This document shows, in pieces, positions 37,701-51,800 of a stretch of DNA of 64,000 nucleotides. The stretch covers positions 58,900,001-58,964,000 of the forward strand of contig NC_092346.1 of the NCBI RefSeq assembly GCF_963676685.1, written 5' to 3'. Positions within the stretch are counted from its first letter, which is position 1. Each line of letters starts with the position of its first letter. Source of the stretch: Mytilus edulis. Its lineage: Eukaryota. The translations under genes were made by a program, and so were the position numbers. The notes beneath the pieces are model-generated. The model had not been told where the DNA came from, ran no database searches, and saw nothing but the letters and a program-made list of their open reading frames with translations.

Positions 37701-39560
37701 GTGGAGAAGATTGTATCGAATTAGTTCGTGGTAGCAACTTCATGTGGAATGATGCGCCTTGCCAAAAGCATATCAACTTTGTCTGTGAACGCCCGTGAGT
37801 TTCGTTTTATATATCATGACATATCAACTTTGTCTGTGGACGCCCGTGAGTTTCGTTTTATATATCATAACATATCAACTTTGTCTGTGAACGCCTGTAA
37901 GTTTCCTTTTATATATCATGACATATCAACTTTGTTTGTGAACGCCCGTGAGTTTCGTTTTATATATCATGACATATCAACTTTGACTGTGGACGCCCGT
38001 TAGTTTCGTTTTATATATCATAACATATCAAGTTTGTCTGTAAACGCCCGTAAGTTCCTTTTATATATCATGACATATCAACTTTGTCTGTGAACGCCCG
38101 TGAGTTTCGTTTTATATATCATGACATATCAACTTTGTCTGTGGACGCCCGTGAGTTTCGTTTTATATATCATAACATATCAAGTTTGTCTGTGAACGCC
38201 CGTAAGTTTCCTTTTATATATCATGACATATCAACTTTGTTTTTGAACGCCCGCGAGTTTCGTTTTATATATCATAACATATCAAGTTTGTCTGTAAACG
38301 CCCGTAAGTTCCTTTTATATATCATGACATATCAACTTTGTCTGTGAACGCCCGTGAGTTTCGTTTTATATATCATGACATATCAACTTTGTCTGTGGAC
38401 GCCCGTGAGTTTCGTTTTATATATCATAACATATCAAGTTTGTCTGTGAACGCCCGTACGTTTCCTTTTATATATCATGACATATCAACTTTGTTTTTGA
38501 ACGCCCGCGAGGTTTGTTTTATATATCATGACATATCAACTTTGTCTGTGGACGCCCGTTAGTTTCGTTTTATATATAATAACATATCAAGTTTGTCTGT
38601 GAACTCCCGTTGGTGTCCTTTTATATATCATGACATATCAACTTTGTCTGTGAACGCCCGTAAGTTCCTTTTATATATCATGACATATCAACTTTGTCTG
38701 TGGACGCCCGTGAGTTTCGTTTTATATATCATAACATATCAAGTTTGTCTGTGAACGCCCGTTGGTGTCCTTTTATATATCATGACATATTAAGTTTGTC
38801 TGTGAACGCCCATAAGTTTCCTTGTATATATCATGACATATCAACTTTGTCTGTGAACGCCCGTAAGTTTCCTTTTATTTATCATGACATATCAACTTTG
38901 TCTGTGAACGCCCGTAAGTTTCCTTTTATATTTCATGACATATCAACTTTGTCTGTGAACGCCCGTAAATCTCCTTTTATATATCATGATATTTAAAAAT
39001 CAATTAGAATTTTTTTCTACTTTGTTGAATATTGTTATATTCATAAGTTGTTTCAGAATGGTCCTTTTGAAATTCTAATCGTGTATTTTGTAGTAATTGT
39101 ATAAGGGAATCGGATTTTAAAAGTATTGCTGTGAAAATATCAAATATTCTCATAGTAAGTTTACGTTCGGATTAACAAATAATTGAAAAACAAAATATTA
39201 AATGTAATTATTGGAAGAAGATGTTAATACGGTTAGATATTATGAAATGTGTACCAATCAAGTACTAATTTCCTCCTTTACTAATTTGTTTATCACAATT
39301 AGTTTGCATCTTTGTCAGATAGGTACCTTGTATTACATCAAATGCATAGTTGCATACTTTATTATCATATTGTCAAAGTTTCACATCTGTTATGGGAAAA
39401 TTGAATAAAATGGACACAAGAAACACAATACTGTTTATAACCAATACAACCAAAATTATTTATACATCATCAGTAATATATAGATCTTATGATAATTTGC
39501 ATCTAATCAAACAAGCTATACATCTTTTTTTCCAGATTTATGGTATCAGCGGACTCATAA
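34749..39560 (+). CDS. Secreted perlucin-like C-type lectin (QPD/WND, galactose-type), 5 exons, 165 aa
   Basis: Exons: 34749-34806 (MLKKCLSVFITLAVLGSPL); 36128-36216 (ECPGGFVHNGDSCY..SWIQAM); 36622-36718 (KFCEIYQGELAVIETEAEQ); 37566-37794 (VWISGTD..DGEWIW..WAPGQPD..EDC..WNDAPC..FVCER); 39536-39560 (FMVSADS*, less certain). Same intron phases as the neighbouring lectin. Confidence 0.88.
36756..37336. mobile_element. Kolobok-like MITE
   Basis: TIR AGGAGTAGGTCCGGTAAG / CTTACTGGACCTACTCCT, TCAA/TTAA flanks. Second copy at 24992-25568. Confidence 0.8.
37769..38992 (+). repeat. 51-bp minisatellite (~24 copies) derived from the exon 4 / intron 4 junction of the QPD lectin
   Basis: Unit CATATCAACTTTGTCTGTGAACGCCC|GTGAGTTTCGTTTTATATATCATGA. 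The first copy is the true exon end and donor site. Confidence 0.95.
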
Positions 39561-39929
39561 TTTATCACTGGACAGTCTATTATATGCATTTCCAAAGACT
39601 GTATATCATATGAAAGAAATAAAATATTGAAATCAAAATTGTAGTTTGAATGTACACCAAGTATATTGGTGGTTATATCACAGATTAATGCCAATATAAA
39701 AAAGAAGATGTGGTATGATTGCCAATGAGACAACTATCCACAAGAGACCAAAATGACACAGACATTAACAACTATAGGTCACCGTACGGCCTTTAACAAT
39801 GAGCAAAGCCCATACCGCATAGTCAGCTATAAAAGGCCCCAATATGACAATGTAAAACAATTCAAACGAGAAAACTAACGGCCTTATTTATATAAAAAAA
39901 TCAACGAAAAAAAATTGTCTAGTGTACTT

Positions 39930-41360
39930 AAAAGAGGGACGAAAGATACCAAAGGGACAGTCAAACTCATAAATCTAAAACAAAACTGACAACGCCATGG
40001 CTAAATTTGAAAAAAGACAAACAGAAAAACAATAGTACACATGACACAACATAGAAAACTAAAGAATAAACAACACGAACCCCACCAAAAACTAGGGGTG
40101 ATCTCAGGTGCTCCGGAAGGGTAAGCAGATCCTGCTCCACATGTGGCACCCGTCGTGTTGCTTATGTGATTACAAATCCGGTAAATAGTCTAATTCGGTA
40201 GGTCAAATTCATGAAAGGGAAGGGGATTGTAGTTACGACGTAAGGAACATATCATTTGTGAAACGGTTATTCCATAACGGTCAACCAACTCGTGATGGCG
40301 TCCGTAAAATTTACGAAGGGATGATTTCAACTTCACCATTTGGAACTCTTGGTTTAATAGCTTCCTTGTAAGCAGTAACCCTCTATCAAGAAAATCATGA
40401 TAGGAAATGCAAGCACGGGAATATCGTATCAATTGGGAGATATATATATATACAGGTGCTGCTGGAATGTTGCTACTTAGAAATGGAAAGTTCACAATTG
40501 GAAAGCTGAAATCATCTCTTTTGTCGTAAAGTTTTGTTTTCAACCGACCCTCATTGTCAATTTCTAGATGTGAGTCAAGATATGAAGCCGACTTAACTGT
40601 ATCTGTAGTATCCTTTATCTCAAATTCGATGGGATAGATGCGTTCCACATAGTCACCAAATTTTGAATTGTTTAGTGAAAGAACGTCATCTATATAGCGG
40701 AAAGTAGAGTTAAAGGATATTGCTAACTTCTTATCTTTCTTCCTAAGAAGTTGCTGCATGAAGTCAGCCTCATAATAATAAAGAAACAAGTCGGCAAGTA
40801 GAGGGGCACAGTTTGTTACCATTGGGATGCCGACAGTCTGTTGAAAAACACGTCCTCCGAACGTTACAAATATGTTGTCAATCAAGAAATCAAGCATCTT
40901 GATAATATCGGTTTCAGATAATTTTTTGTTTGAATCAGAGTGATTCTTTACAAAGTATGATTTATCCCTCCCTAAGACAAGATACTTGTATCTACGTTGG
41001 CCATTCTTTTTTATGAAGCAAAGTAAATAAATACCAACTCTTTTAATTTGTCTTTTAGTTTGGAATGTGGAATACTTTAGTACTTGTGTAAAGAGTAGAA
41101 AAGTCAAATGTTTTAATATTGTTACAAGATGAAAGAGAGTTAGATTGTATGTACTCTAAAAGATCTTTGGAATTTTTAAGTATCCACATCTTAAATGATA
41201 CTTAAATTGACACAAATCGTGATGTGTAAAGAGTAGAAAAGTCAAATGTTTTAATACTGTTACAAGATGAAAGAGAGTTAGATTGTATGTACTCTAAAAG
41301 ATCTTTGGAATTTTTAAGTATCCACATCTTAAATGATACTTAAATTGACACCAATCGTGA
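39930..41360 (-). mobile_element. 5'-truncated Penelope-like retroelement (RT without C-terminal GIY-YIG; Naiad-like), pseudogenised
   Basis: WILKNSK..KTFDFSTLYT, GIPMVTNCAPLLADLFL, FRYIDD, YLD, KLYDKRDDFSFPIVNFPFLSSNIP, YISQLIRYSRAC. Frameshift and deletions present. 3' region repeated at 20458 and 61800. Confidence 0.85.
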
Positions 41361-41653
41361 GGCACTCCAATATCTAATTTCATTTCCGTGTATGTCCGTG
41401 TAATTCCGTTGATTTGTACGTTTCATTATAATTCGTTATTTTAATTGGCTGACTGCAACAATCGCGATGCAGTCGAATATTTTTTTTATATTTCCTCCAA
41501 TCTAAATAAAATAAAGGTCTCTGATTTCGTTGTTCCGGCTTATCTGCCAATAAAAACTGATCGCCACAAAGTAGAATAATAGTGTTGAAAGTGGCGTTAA
41601 AACACAAATCAACCAATCTATCAATCAATCAATTTAATCCGTTATTATCTTAT

Positions 41654-42417
41654 AACAAGAGTGCACACACTGAAATATCTCGCCTTCTTAACTTATCATT
41701 GACATTATGTTGATAGTCCTAAGCATAAAGCTTTATTAAAAACGGTCACATAAACTTAACATTAACCAAGATAACTAAACAAAGACCAATGAACCATGAA
41801 AATGAGGTCAAGGTCAGATGAACCATGCCAAGCAGACATGTACAGCTAACAATGCTTCCATATAACAAATATTATTAATAGTTGACCTATTACTAATAGT
41901 TTAAGAAAAATAGACCAAAACACAAAAACTTAACACTGAGCAATGAACCGTGAAAATGAGGTCGAGGTCAAATAAAACCTGCACGACTGACATATAGATC
42001 ATAAAATATTTCCATACACCAAATATAGTTGACCTATAGCATATCGTATTGTTCACTGATCCATGAAATGAGGTCGAGGTCAAGTGAAAACTGTCTGACA
42101 GGCATGAGGACCTTGCAAGGTACGCACATACCAAATATAATTATCCTATTACTTATAATAAGAGAAAATTCAACATTACAAAAAATCTTAACTTTTTTTT
42201 CAAGTGGTCACTGAACCATGAAAATGAGGTCAAGGACATTTGACATGTGACTGACGGAAACTTCGTAACATGAGGCATCTATATACAAAGTATGAAGCAT
42301 CCAGGTCTTCCACCTTCTAAAATATAAAGCTTTTAAGAAGTTAGCTAACGCCGCCGCCGCCGGATCACTATCCCTATGTTGAGCTTTCTGCAACAAAAGT
42401 TGCAGGCTCGACAAAAA
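41654..42417. mobile_element. Helentron/pearl-like non-autonomous element with internal tandem repeats
   Basis: AACAAGAG start, repeated CATGAAAATGAGGTCAAGGTCA units, (GCC)n, terminal hairpin CTGCAACAAAAGTTGCAG followed by an A-run. Confidence 0.75.
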
Positions 42418-44432
42418 CGAACACGCGAGTTAATATAGATATAAGAAGATGTGGTATGAGTGCCAATGAGACAACTCTTCATCCAAGTCACAATTTATAA
42501 AAGTAAACCATTATAGGTCAAAGAACAGTCTTCAACACGATGAATTGGCTCACACCGAACAGCAAGCTAGGTCTAAATTTTAATCAGATTGCATTTCCAC
42601 ATAAGATACAACAGCTATGATCGCACGTGCTATCCGTTAAAATGTTGAAATAATGCTTTGAAAAAAAGTTTGGTATAACGTAATTTAGCGCCATACTGAC
42701 AAGCGTCGTAAAAAATCAAGGAATGTGGCTTTTATTGAAAAATCAAGCACATGGACCCCTATTTTTTTTCTTTTGAAATCAATCAAGTACTGTGTCATTC
42801 AAGACCACTCCGCCAAAAGGTCAAGAAAAAAAAATCAACGATGAAATTTTTTCTGCACTTCCGAATAGTCACAAAAATATAATCAATTTCTTTATTTCGA
42901 ATATAGCAATCTAAATTTGGAATAAAATAATCTGTTTCAACCTTAAACTTGTTTCAGCATGTTGATGCCATGGATCAAGGGAACATTTTACAAAAAAAAC
43001 GGTTAAGTTATGGCTTTTCCTTCGAAAGTATTGTTACTTTCTTTAAAAGTCCTTATTTATGAAATTTCAGGGATTTTCTTCCAAATATGCAAATTACGAA
43101 CCAAATTATCACAAAAAGTAAGTCATGAAGGTACTTTTTTCTTTGCATATTTCAAAAGTACACATTGAAATTGACTTTTTACCAAAATTTCAAGAAGAAA
43201 TCAACGAGGGATCTCTACTTTATCGTATGCCCTTAATTTCTCATACAAAATGTGCTTTTGTCAACACTTTTACACCCGCTCCGTATAAAATTACAAAAAG
43301 AAGCATTCGATTATTATAACATGAAAAAGTGTACATTGTCACAGACTATAGTTTCTTGCGACCAAGGGTGCGACAAGTATTTGTAATGTGTCATCTCTTT
43401 TGGTATTTAAAAAAAAGGAGATGCGGTATGATTGCCAATGAGACAACTCTCCACAAGATACCAAAATGACTCAGAAATTAACAACTCTATGATAAGTCAC
43501 CGAATGGCCTTCAACAATGATGAAAAGCCCATGCCGTATAGTAAGCTATACAAGGCCCCGAAATGACAATGTAAAACAATTTAAACGAGAAAACTAACGG
43601 CCTAAATGATTGTTTTTCAGGACGCTCGAATGAGTAATGAAATCAACAATATAGAATACAAAAATTAGAATAGATCTAAGATGGACCCTCATTTTAAAAC
43701 ATAGAAGATATTCCGATCTTTTCACATTCATCCTGATTTGTTTTAATATAATATGAATAATTGTACATTGCATGAGTTTTAGAAGGTTTAGACAGTAGAG
43801 TACCTGACATCACGGATTGTTTATGTACAGAAAATTAAAAAAAAAAAAAACCCAAGAGACTAAAAAAAGATTGCCAGCATGCTTGCTTTGAAATTCAATT
43901 TAGAAAAAAAATTTAAAAAATGGCAGTATACACCTAGAGATTTCCAAACACCTGCGTAAATGGAGCGAACAAATTGACATGGTAAAAACTTTAGTGTAGT
44001 AACATCCAAAAGAGGAACAAAAATAGAATTGGAAATGCAAGATCTGCATTTCACTGAACTCGGGGAAAACACCACAATTCATTCGATAAGACTAAAAATA
44101 CTTATACCCCTATACATACTTAGCTACATGTAAATACATTCATTGATTTAGGATTTACCATACTAGGTTAGTCATACATCTATGGATAGATGTCTGGAAT
44201 GAGTTTCACAAAAATAAAAAAATAAAAATAAAAATTTAAGTTTAACGAATAGTGTAAGACTTACGATCAATTTTAGTTGAAAGATTGTTTATGAGACGCA
44301 TTTTTGTTGTGCATTTAATTTCAGTTGATGGATTGATATGTTTGTTAGTTTCATTTGCCTAAACTCCAGATATATATATATATTTGTTTCGATTAAGAGA
44401 CTACATGTATATATAGGTATATGATTTTTTTC

Positions 44433-44709
44433 TAGATCCCGTTTTATACACTTGCAACATTATTAAATCGATCTTTATTTGAAAAGACCAGTTCGCGTTT
44501 ACATTGCACAAGCAAGATCGGTCGAGATCGATCTTATTTAATCCGGTCTGATCTTTATTTTTCTATCAAAATATGTCATTCACCTGACAAAAGATCGATC
44601 GCGATCGATCTAAACGTTTTACGATTCAAATAAGATCGATCTTTTTAAAACCACCTCTAGAGGTAGACTTTTTTTATCGATCTCAACTTTGTCAGTGTAA
44701 ACGGGGTCT
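44433..44709. mobile_element. PIF/Harbinger-like MITE with GATCGATC repeats
   Basis: AGATCCCGTTTTATACACT ... AGTGTAAACGGGGTCT. Confidence 0.6.
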
Positions 44710-45004
44710 AATATACTGGAAGACCCGTTTTACAAATCGCATATTGTTATTTGTTTTTTTTTCAAGCTACAATCTGTTCCAAGATTTATTTCTTAATCCT
44801 TTCCTTAAAGTATATATTCTGTAATTGTTTTGAGGTTAAATTCTAGTTTGTTTCCCTATAGATTTTAAGTTTTTATTTGGCAAAGTGAAATGTGAATGAG
44901 AAAAGGTTGTGGTGTACATCATTTAGACAGAAACCAATCCACAAAACTAACAAGAAGACTTCTTGGGGGCAGCACATATTCACCAACAATAGACAGGCGT
45001 CTAA

Positions 45005-45231
45005 GGGACGACATCAAAAGTTCAATTTAGGATAAAAAAAACTTAATTCACATAGTTTTTTCACTGACCCCCTTCCCCCCGCTCTTAACTCGATTTGGAA
45101 AAAATGATTGAACAATATGGATATATACATGTAAAATCGATTTTTGGATAAACAAAACTTGCAGCAATTTACAACCCCCCCCTATTTGATTAAGTTTTTT
45201 TTATCCTACATTGATCTTTTGATGTCGTCCC
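45005..45231. mobile_element. PIF/Harbinger-like MITE
   Basis: TIR GGGACGACATCAAAAG / CTTTTGATGTCGTCCC with TAA TSD. Confidence 0.85.
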
Positions 45232-45844
45232 TAAACAGTTGCTCAGTATCTCAATCGACCCAAATCTGTAAAATATGTGAACAATTTGATGGATAAAAAT
45301 GATGGTTTGCCTTAAAATATGCTTCAGTTCAAATGTACGAAGCTACAAAAGTGTCATCTGCCAGTACCGGTTAATTCCTTAAAATCTGTTCCGATCACAT
45401 TTGAATTGTGCCCTTGTAAGTGTTTATATACACAACTTATATTATATAAATAGTTAATGCAATGAAATTTTACATTCCATATAAATATTATCTGTAAACA
45501 ATTGATAAACAAGTAGGCCAATTTAAAATTAGACTTGATTAGTAGCTTCACATGTTTTGGTTTCGCTATTATCTACAGCTAGAACTTAAACATTTAAAAC
45601 ACTTAGTACTGAAATCCGGTTGAATAGACCTATATCTGAAAATAGATTAAGGAAGAAAAGGAGCGGAAGTTTATATATTACAAACTATTTGGAAATTCAT
45701 AGTTTTTATCGACCATATCAGTTGAATATCACATGATCTTTTAAAAGTCACCTGAATGTTACAAGTGTGAGGGGGTGTGTACGTGTACTTTAGTAGATAC
45801 ATATATAGTTTTGTTCATCATTTACCGGTGAAATCTCTGTAAAG

Positions 45845-48800
45845 ATGGCTTACGCAGGATCAGTTGTCAACCCAGTGAGTACATTATTCATATTTCATAC
45901 ACGTAATCGTATCTATTTTAATAAAAGAAAAAAAAATGGAAAAGTACCGGTTTTTGTTTAATTCTAACATTGAATTTGTGTTAAATTGGTTCCGTGTTTG
46001 TATGTTCTATATAAAAAGTTATGATTACTTATATGAAAGTTCATTCTAAGTCCTCTACAACTTATAAGTTTCCCAGTGTTTGTTCTATATAAAAAAAGTG
46101 TATCGGCATCTAATGCGTTTAAATAATCAAGTATATAAATGCCACATGAAGTAGACGTCAAAATACATACACTAAGATATTTTTTCTCCCTTATTTCATT
46201 TATGAAAAGTTCATGCTTTAGCTTCTACAACCTTTCTAAGATCGCTCTTTTCTAGAGAGAAAAAAAAAACACCGGCTGTAAGCATATAAACAGAAATAAG
46301 GAGATGTGGTATAATTGTTTATGACACAACTATACACCAGAGGAGAGATCACTGTGCGGCCTTTAAAAAAGGGAAATTCCATACAATATATAGTCGCATA
46401 AAAAGGCTCCGGCATGAATGGTCATTATTCAGCAGATTGGTACAAAGCACAAAAAATATGAAAACAAAACCAACTAAGTCTTAAAGAGTTCTTGCAGTTT
46501 AAATATTATGAACTATACAGGAAAACGTAAAATTCCAAACAATTTTATTTTCATATATGAAAGAATTTCACAACATTTCAAATACGCTATATTATTTTTT
46601 TTCTCCAGCCTCTTCCATATATCGGGGGAATACCCGGTGGTATGACAGATGGCCGACAGATCATTATACAAGGAACCGTACCATTTCATGAAAATGCGTA
46701 AGTATGAATAAAAAATATTTTTTCATGTAGTGATCCATGCCAAAACTTTTTCTGTTGAAACTGTTAAAACTTATGTATTACAAATCCAGTGACCACAATG
46801 CAAATACACAATCAAAAGACGAGAAAGGGTTCCAGCTTTACCATCTCTTAAGTTTGTACGTAATTTTAATTTATCAATATGTAAAAACAGTTATTTAGGG
46901 AATACAGAGGGTTTCAAATGCAGCACAGGTAAGGAGCTGATCCCCTTTTAAAAAGTCATTTCGACTCATCATTCGTTGTTTCCGAAGTCCCCTTTCTAAT
47001 ACGTAATGGTCGTAATAATTCATGGAAGTCAAGCAAATAAATATATTTTGATAATCATTTTTTTTTAAATTTGCAGATTTACAATAAATTTAATGAGTGG
47101 CTCTAGTCTTAATCCTCAATCAGACACAGCTTTACATTTCAACATAAGATTTAATGAAAATTGTGCAGTAAGAAACTCTCTACAGAATGGATCATGGGGG
47201 TCGGAGGAGAGAACTGGTGGCATGCCATTTCAGAAAAATTACCCTTTCGAAATAATAATTTTATGTCAGCATCATCACTACAAGGTATGTATGACGAGAT
47301 ATTTATTTAACAGGAAAAGGTTAAAGGAAAAAACATGTTACTATTAAACAACAGGAAAATAACGACGCATCGGTTTTTCAAGATGTTTATATATTGCGGA
47401 GAATCATCTGCACGTCTTACGGGTATTTACGATGATATAATATGTAGGAAAAAACAACGGAAACCCTCTTTATATTGATAAAACGGGGTTATCTTGGGTA
47501 AAGCTCATTGCTAGATTAAAGTCTGGAGATCGATAAAATATCTTTTGTGTAAATATGACCGATAACATTTATGTAGGGAAGGGATGTATATCCAGTCAAA
47601 GTCGTTAAACACTTCCATCATCATGTAGGGAATTTTCAAGCTACATTTCTACTCAGAATGTTTCCTTTTCCTGTTTTAACTTTGAATTGCATTAAAAAAA
47701 AACTGTTTATGTATAACAAAATTAACCAGTTTCGCTTTTAAAATGATATTATCAAGATGAAATATACAGATAAGTTGTTTGATTTCTTCATTAATGTGTG
47801 TATCATCTAGAAAAAAAATTGAAATATTATAGTTTAAATTTGATTGCCGGGAAGTATACAATGGTTGGTTTTACATGTACTGGCTACAGGTACCATTCAC
47901 TTGCTTTATATCTAAAAGACGCAAGTCGTAAATATTAGTTTAAGAATGATGCTAAAATTGTAATAATTAAGATAAAATGGGTTCATCTCGGGTAAAGTTC
48001 ATGGCAAGATTGTGAAGTCTAGACATCAATGAGTTAACTATACAAATATGACCAATACAATTTATCAAGAGTTTTTGAAATCATCCCAGACAAGTTAGTC
48101 ATTTGTTATGTTTTTTTGTAGCCGCTTGTTTTTGTTTTTGTCGTTATTTTCTAATTTTGCCCTGATTTTGTCTGTCTCTCCAACTTATGTGTTTTTATTC
48201 TCTCTTTGGTATCCTCTGCCTCTTTTTTCTTATTCTTCAATTCTTTTTACACCAGGGGCCTTTTTAGAAAGGACTTTACGGTATAGACCTTGCTTTATTT
48301 TTGATGGACGTACAAAACCTATAGTTGTTGATTTAAAGTTGTGTCATTTGGTCTATTGTGGAGAGTTGTCTCATGTGCAATCATACCACATCTTGGTTTA
48401 TTTTTATATTTAAATCTTTACTTAGATTCACAGTACCACAGCTCCATGTGTGTGTTTTGAAGCTGTAACACAATATTAAAAACGCCTTACGCTACACCTA
48501 ACCTGCACTATTTGATTGTTTTTTTTTCCAAAGAAAATTTACAAGGAAAGACAGTTTTCTATTTTCTATATCAAACTAAGAACTCTGCTAGAAAATAATC
48601 TATAGATAAAAATATTCTAAACAAACATGTAAATATATTTTAAACATAATGACTTCAGTTGAAACACGTAACACTGGGTAACATTATATTCTATATGTCA
48701 AAACTATTGTACATTTGTTTTATACAGACTCTTTATTATCAAAATTATGCAGGCCATACGGTGACCTATAGTTGTTAACTGCTATGTTATTGCATGTCAA

Positions 48801-51800
48801 TGACTCTGGTGGAGAGTTGTCTCATTGCCATTATACCGAGCCCTAAAACAAATTTGCCAACATATAAAAAGAGAGACTATCCGAGATCTGTCTTTACCAC
48901 CAAGCTTCTAAAATTACACTTAACACAAGATATGACAAAAATCCAACATATACAATTTTCTTTGATTAGATCGGGAACAGTTTAATGTTTATCAATTCGT
49001 ATAGTAAAACCTTTTCAGCGTGAAACAAGCGTAATAACTAACTTTGAATTTTCATTTTCCCTTTAATTTCATCTTATCAATGTATAACAAGGAAGAGTTT
49101 ATAATTTAAAACAAACGATAAGAGGATATATCAGCTTCCTTATAAATCTTTTTACCCGTCTTTTATTTTAAAATTCCCAGTTGATGACTTAGGATTGGAA
49201 TAGTGACGAAGAGGTTATTTCATTAAGCGGAAATCAGCACTACAAACCTAAAAGGGAACGATCAGTGCTACGCGTCATCAATAACACAAGTAGGCAATAA
49301 AGGTTCTCCAATAAGAAGCGATAGAAATATAAATCGTGGGAGGCAAAGCAGGAACATATATATTGACATAGATATACTGTTCCAAGGTCAAAGCATATAT
49401 GTGCTACGTTCAATATCAGTCGCATTCATTGTAATAAACGTATAGTAATATCCTAGTACAAAAGAAATTGGTTGGTTTGTTATTTCTGAAACATGTTTTC
49501 CTATTACAGGCATATTTCAATAACCGAATTTCAATGAAACATTATTTTGTGTATTCAGGTAGCCGTTAATGGAAAACATTTCTGTGAATTTCGCCATCGA
49601 ATTGCTAAACACCAAGTAAACACTTTGGCTGTTATAAGTCCAGCAGGGCAAGTCAGTTCAATCAGATTTGATGGACCAGGAGCAAGCGTAAGTATATGAA
49701 CTGTTGGCAAATTCTTGCTTTTCATGGTTGTTGCCTTTAACTGCTTAAACTTTGAGTTATCTTTATGTTTCGATTTAGATGATAGATTTTTAAAGCTCTG
49801 CTTTTTCAAAGATATTGTGCACATACATTTCTGAATTGATTTTATTTTAATTCACACGAAAAATAATCATTGATTCATTTAATATCTTCTATGTTTATAT
49901 GAACCTACCTTTATTTCAAAGAATGAGAACACTCAAAACTTTACTATGTATTTGCATTTTGTTGAATCACTAACTTAATTTGTTATTCAGAATTAAATTT
50001 GATTTGCAGACTTTTTAGAGCACGAATATTGCTTATTAAAAAACTACTTTCGGCAATGTAAAAGTACTATTTTTTTTGCGCTTTATTTATTTTAGTGTGA
50101 TTTAGATGTTATATCTGACAAAAGAGGTTTCTATGTTAGCTATATCGTGTATAGAAATTAGAGCAAATACAAAAGGTTTAAAAAGGTTCGAAAAAGAGCA
50201 GGCTAATGCCGCTACAAGACAGCACTCGCACCCGCAAAGTGGAAAGGGATTACTATAAGTTGCAATAAATTGTTTCCCAATTCACTATAAATAAATATGT
50301 TTAAACTAAACAAAAGGTTTGGAGGACCAAGCTTTTCAAAATGCATGTAATAATTGTATACTGTAAATAAAATTTAGTTTAGTTATGGAACTTTCACTTG
50401 TAACAGATTTCAGAAAGTAGCCAACATAAATTGCGTTTTATTTTACTCTATGTTTGACTTGTAAAATATGTTTCACACAGGGAGTTCCACATGGAAAGAT
50501 AAAGCTTGGTCCTTTTTCATTTGAATTTGGAAATCATGGCCCCCAACATCATAATCCACCGCCGGTAAGTCAAGATACAGCTAGAAACCCATATAACCAC
50601 GTGATACTAACCAGAAGCATGCAAAAACGATACCAACATACTCTTTTGTAAATGTTTTGTGCTCTATGCTTTGGATTTGTTTTCTTTTTACATTAAGTGT
50701 CAGTTTCATTATCTTTTATTATTTAAAAACAGACAAATTATTACCTTAAAATATAGATTTTAAAAAACGCAAATAAAGCCAACTAAACAGCTTTTGATAA
50801 GATTGTGCATATGATTTTACTTTTAGATGGCACAACCTGCAGGAGGATTTCCACAAGGTGGTGGTTTTCAACCAGCTGGGGCCTTCCAACCTCCACCTCC
50901 ACAGCCTTCAGGATATCCTGGTGCACCAATGATGAACCCGGTACGTAATGCGTTTACTTTTCGGTTAATTTTTTTTCTTGGAATTCAACAATGTGGACTT
51001 CAAGATTTTAGTCCAATATAGCTTGATTCATTATTGACTATATACTAACTGTTAAATAAAGTTCTAGTCAACTAAGAAATCCCTATACCATTTTTTTATT
51101 GTTTTGATAAAATGGCCGTAGGGACTACTAATGTCGGTACTTTATGTCTTATTCTTTCTTAGTTGTTTTTGCTTGGTGTCAATCTGAAGAATTAACCCTT
51201 TTTGGGAATGATTTTTTTTTTTATAGTTTTCTCTTATTTTGTGCTGTAACACCACTGTCTAAGGTTAGGGCAGAGAAGACCGCTCGCATAATGTTTAACC
51301 AGCATAACCCCGTCACATTGTGTACATGTACCGAGTCAAGATCCCGTTATTCAATGGGTTTCGTTGCTTGCTGTCTATCAGGTTTGTTTCTTGGTTTGTA
51401 GATAAATAACGCCGATACTTTTAGTTTGAATTATTTTACGTTTTTTCATATAGGTACTTTTTATAGCTTACATACAGTATGGGTTTTTCCCATGTTGAAG
51501 GTGGTTGAATGGCATTTTATTTAATAATTATAAATAAATATAAGAAACATCGAAGTCATAAATACAGATTATAATATAATATTAGAAGTTCATGTTTGCA
51601 CTTACACAATAATGACAATTCGTTGCAACAACTCCCGTGTCCAACGCCATAGACAGCTCTGGTATATTTTCACCATTACATAGAGTCTATATTCGATGCA
51701 ATGGATATAAAGGATTTTACTGTACTTTAAAATACCTTTTCATCTTGAAATCTATCCAAGAATGTTGGAACTGTTTTTGTAATTAAAATAATTCGTCCCG

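Noticed and set aside
37728-38996. Repeat-protein ORFs or CRISPR-like array
   Set aside because: Head-to-tail 51-bp tandem units with no unique spacers, in a eukaryotic intron. The ORFs are repeat artefacts.
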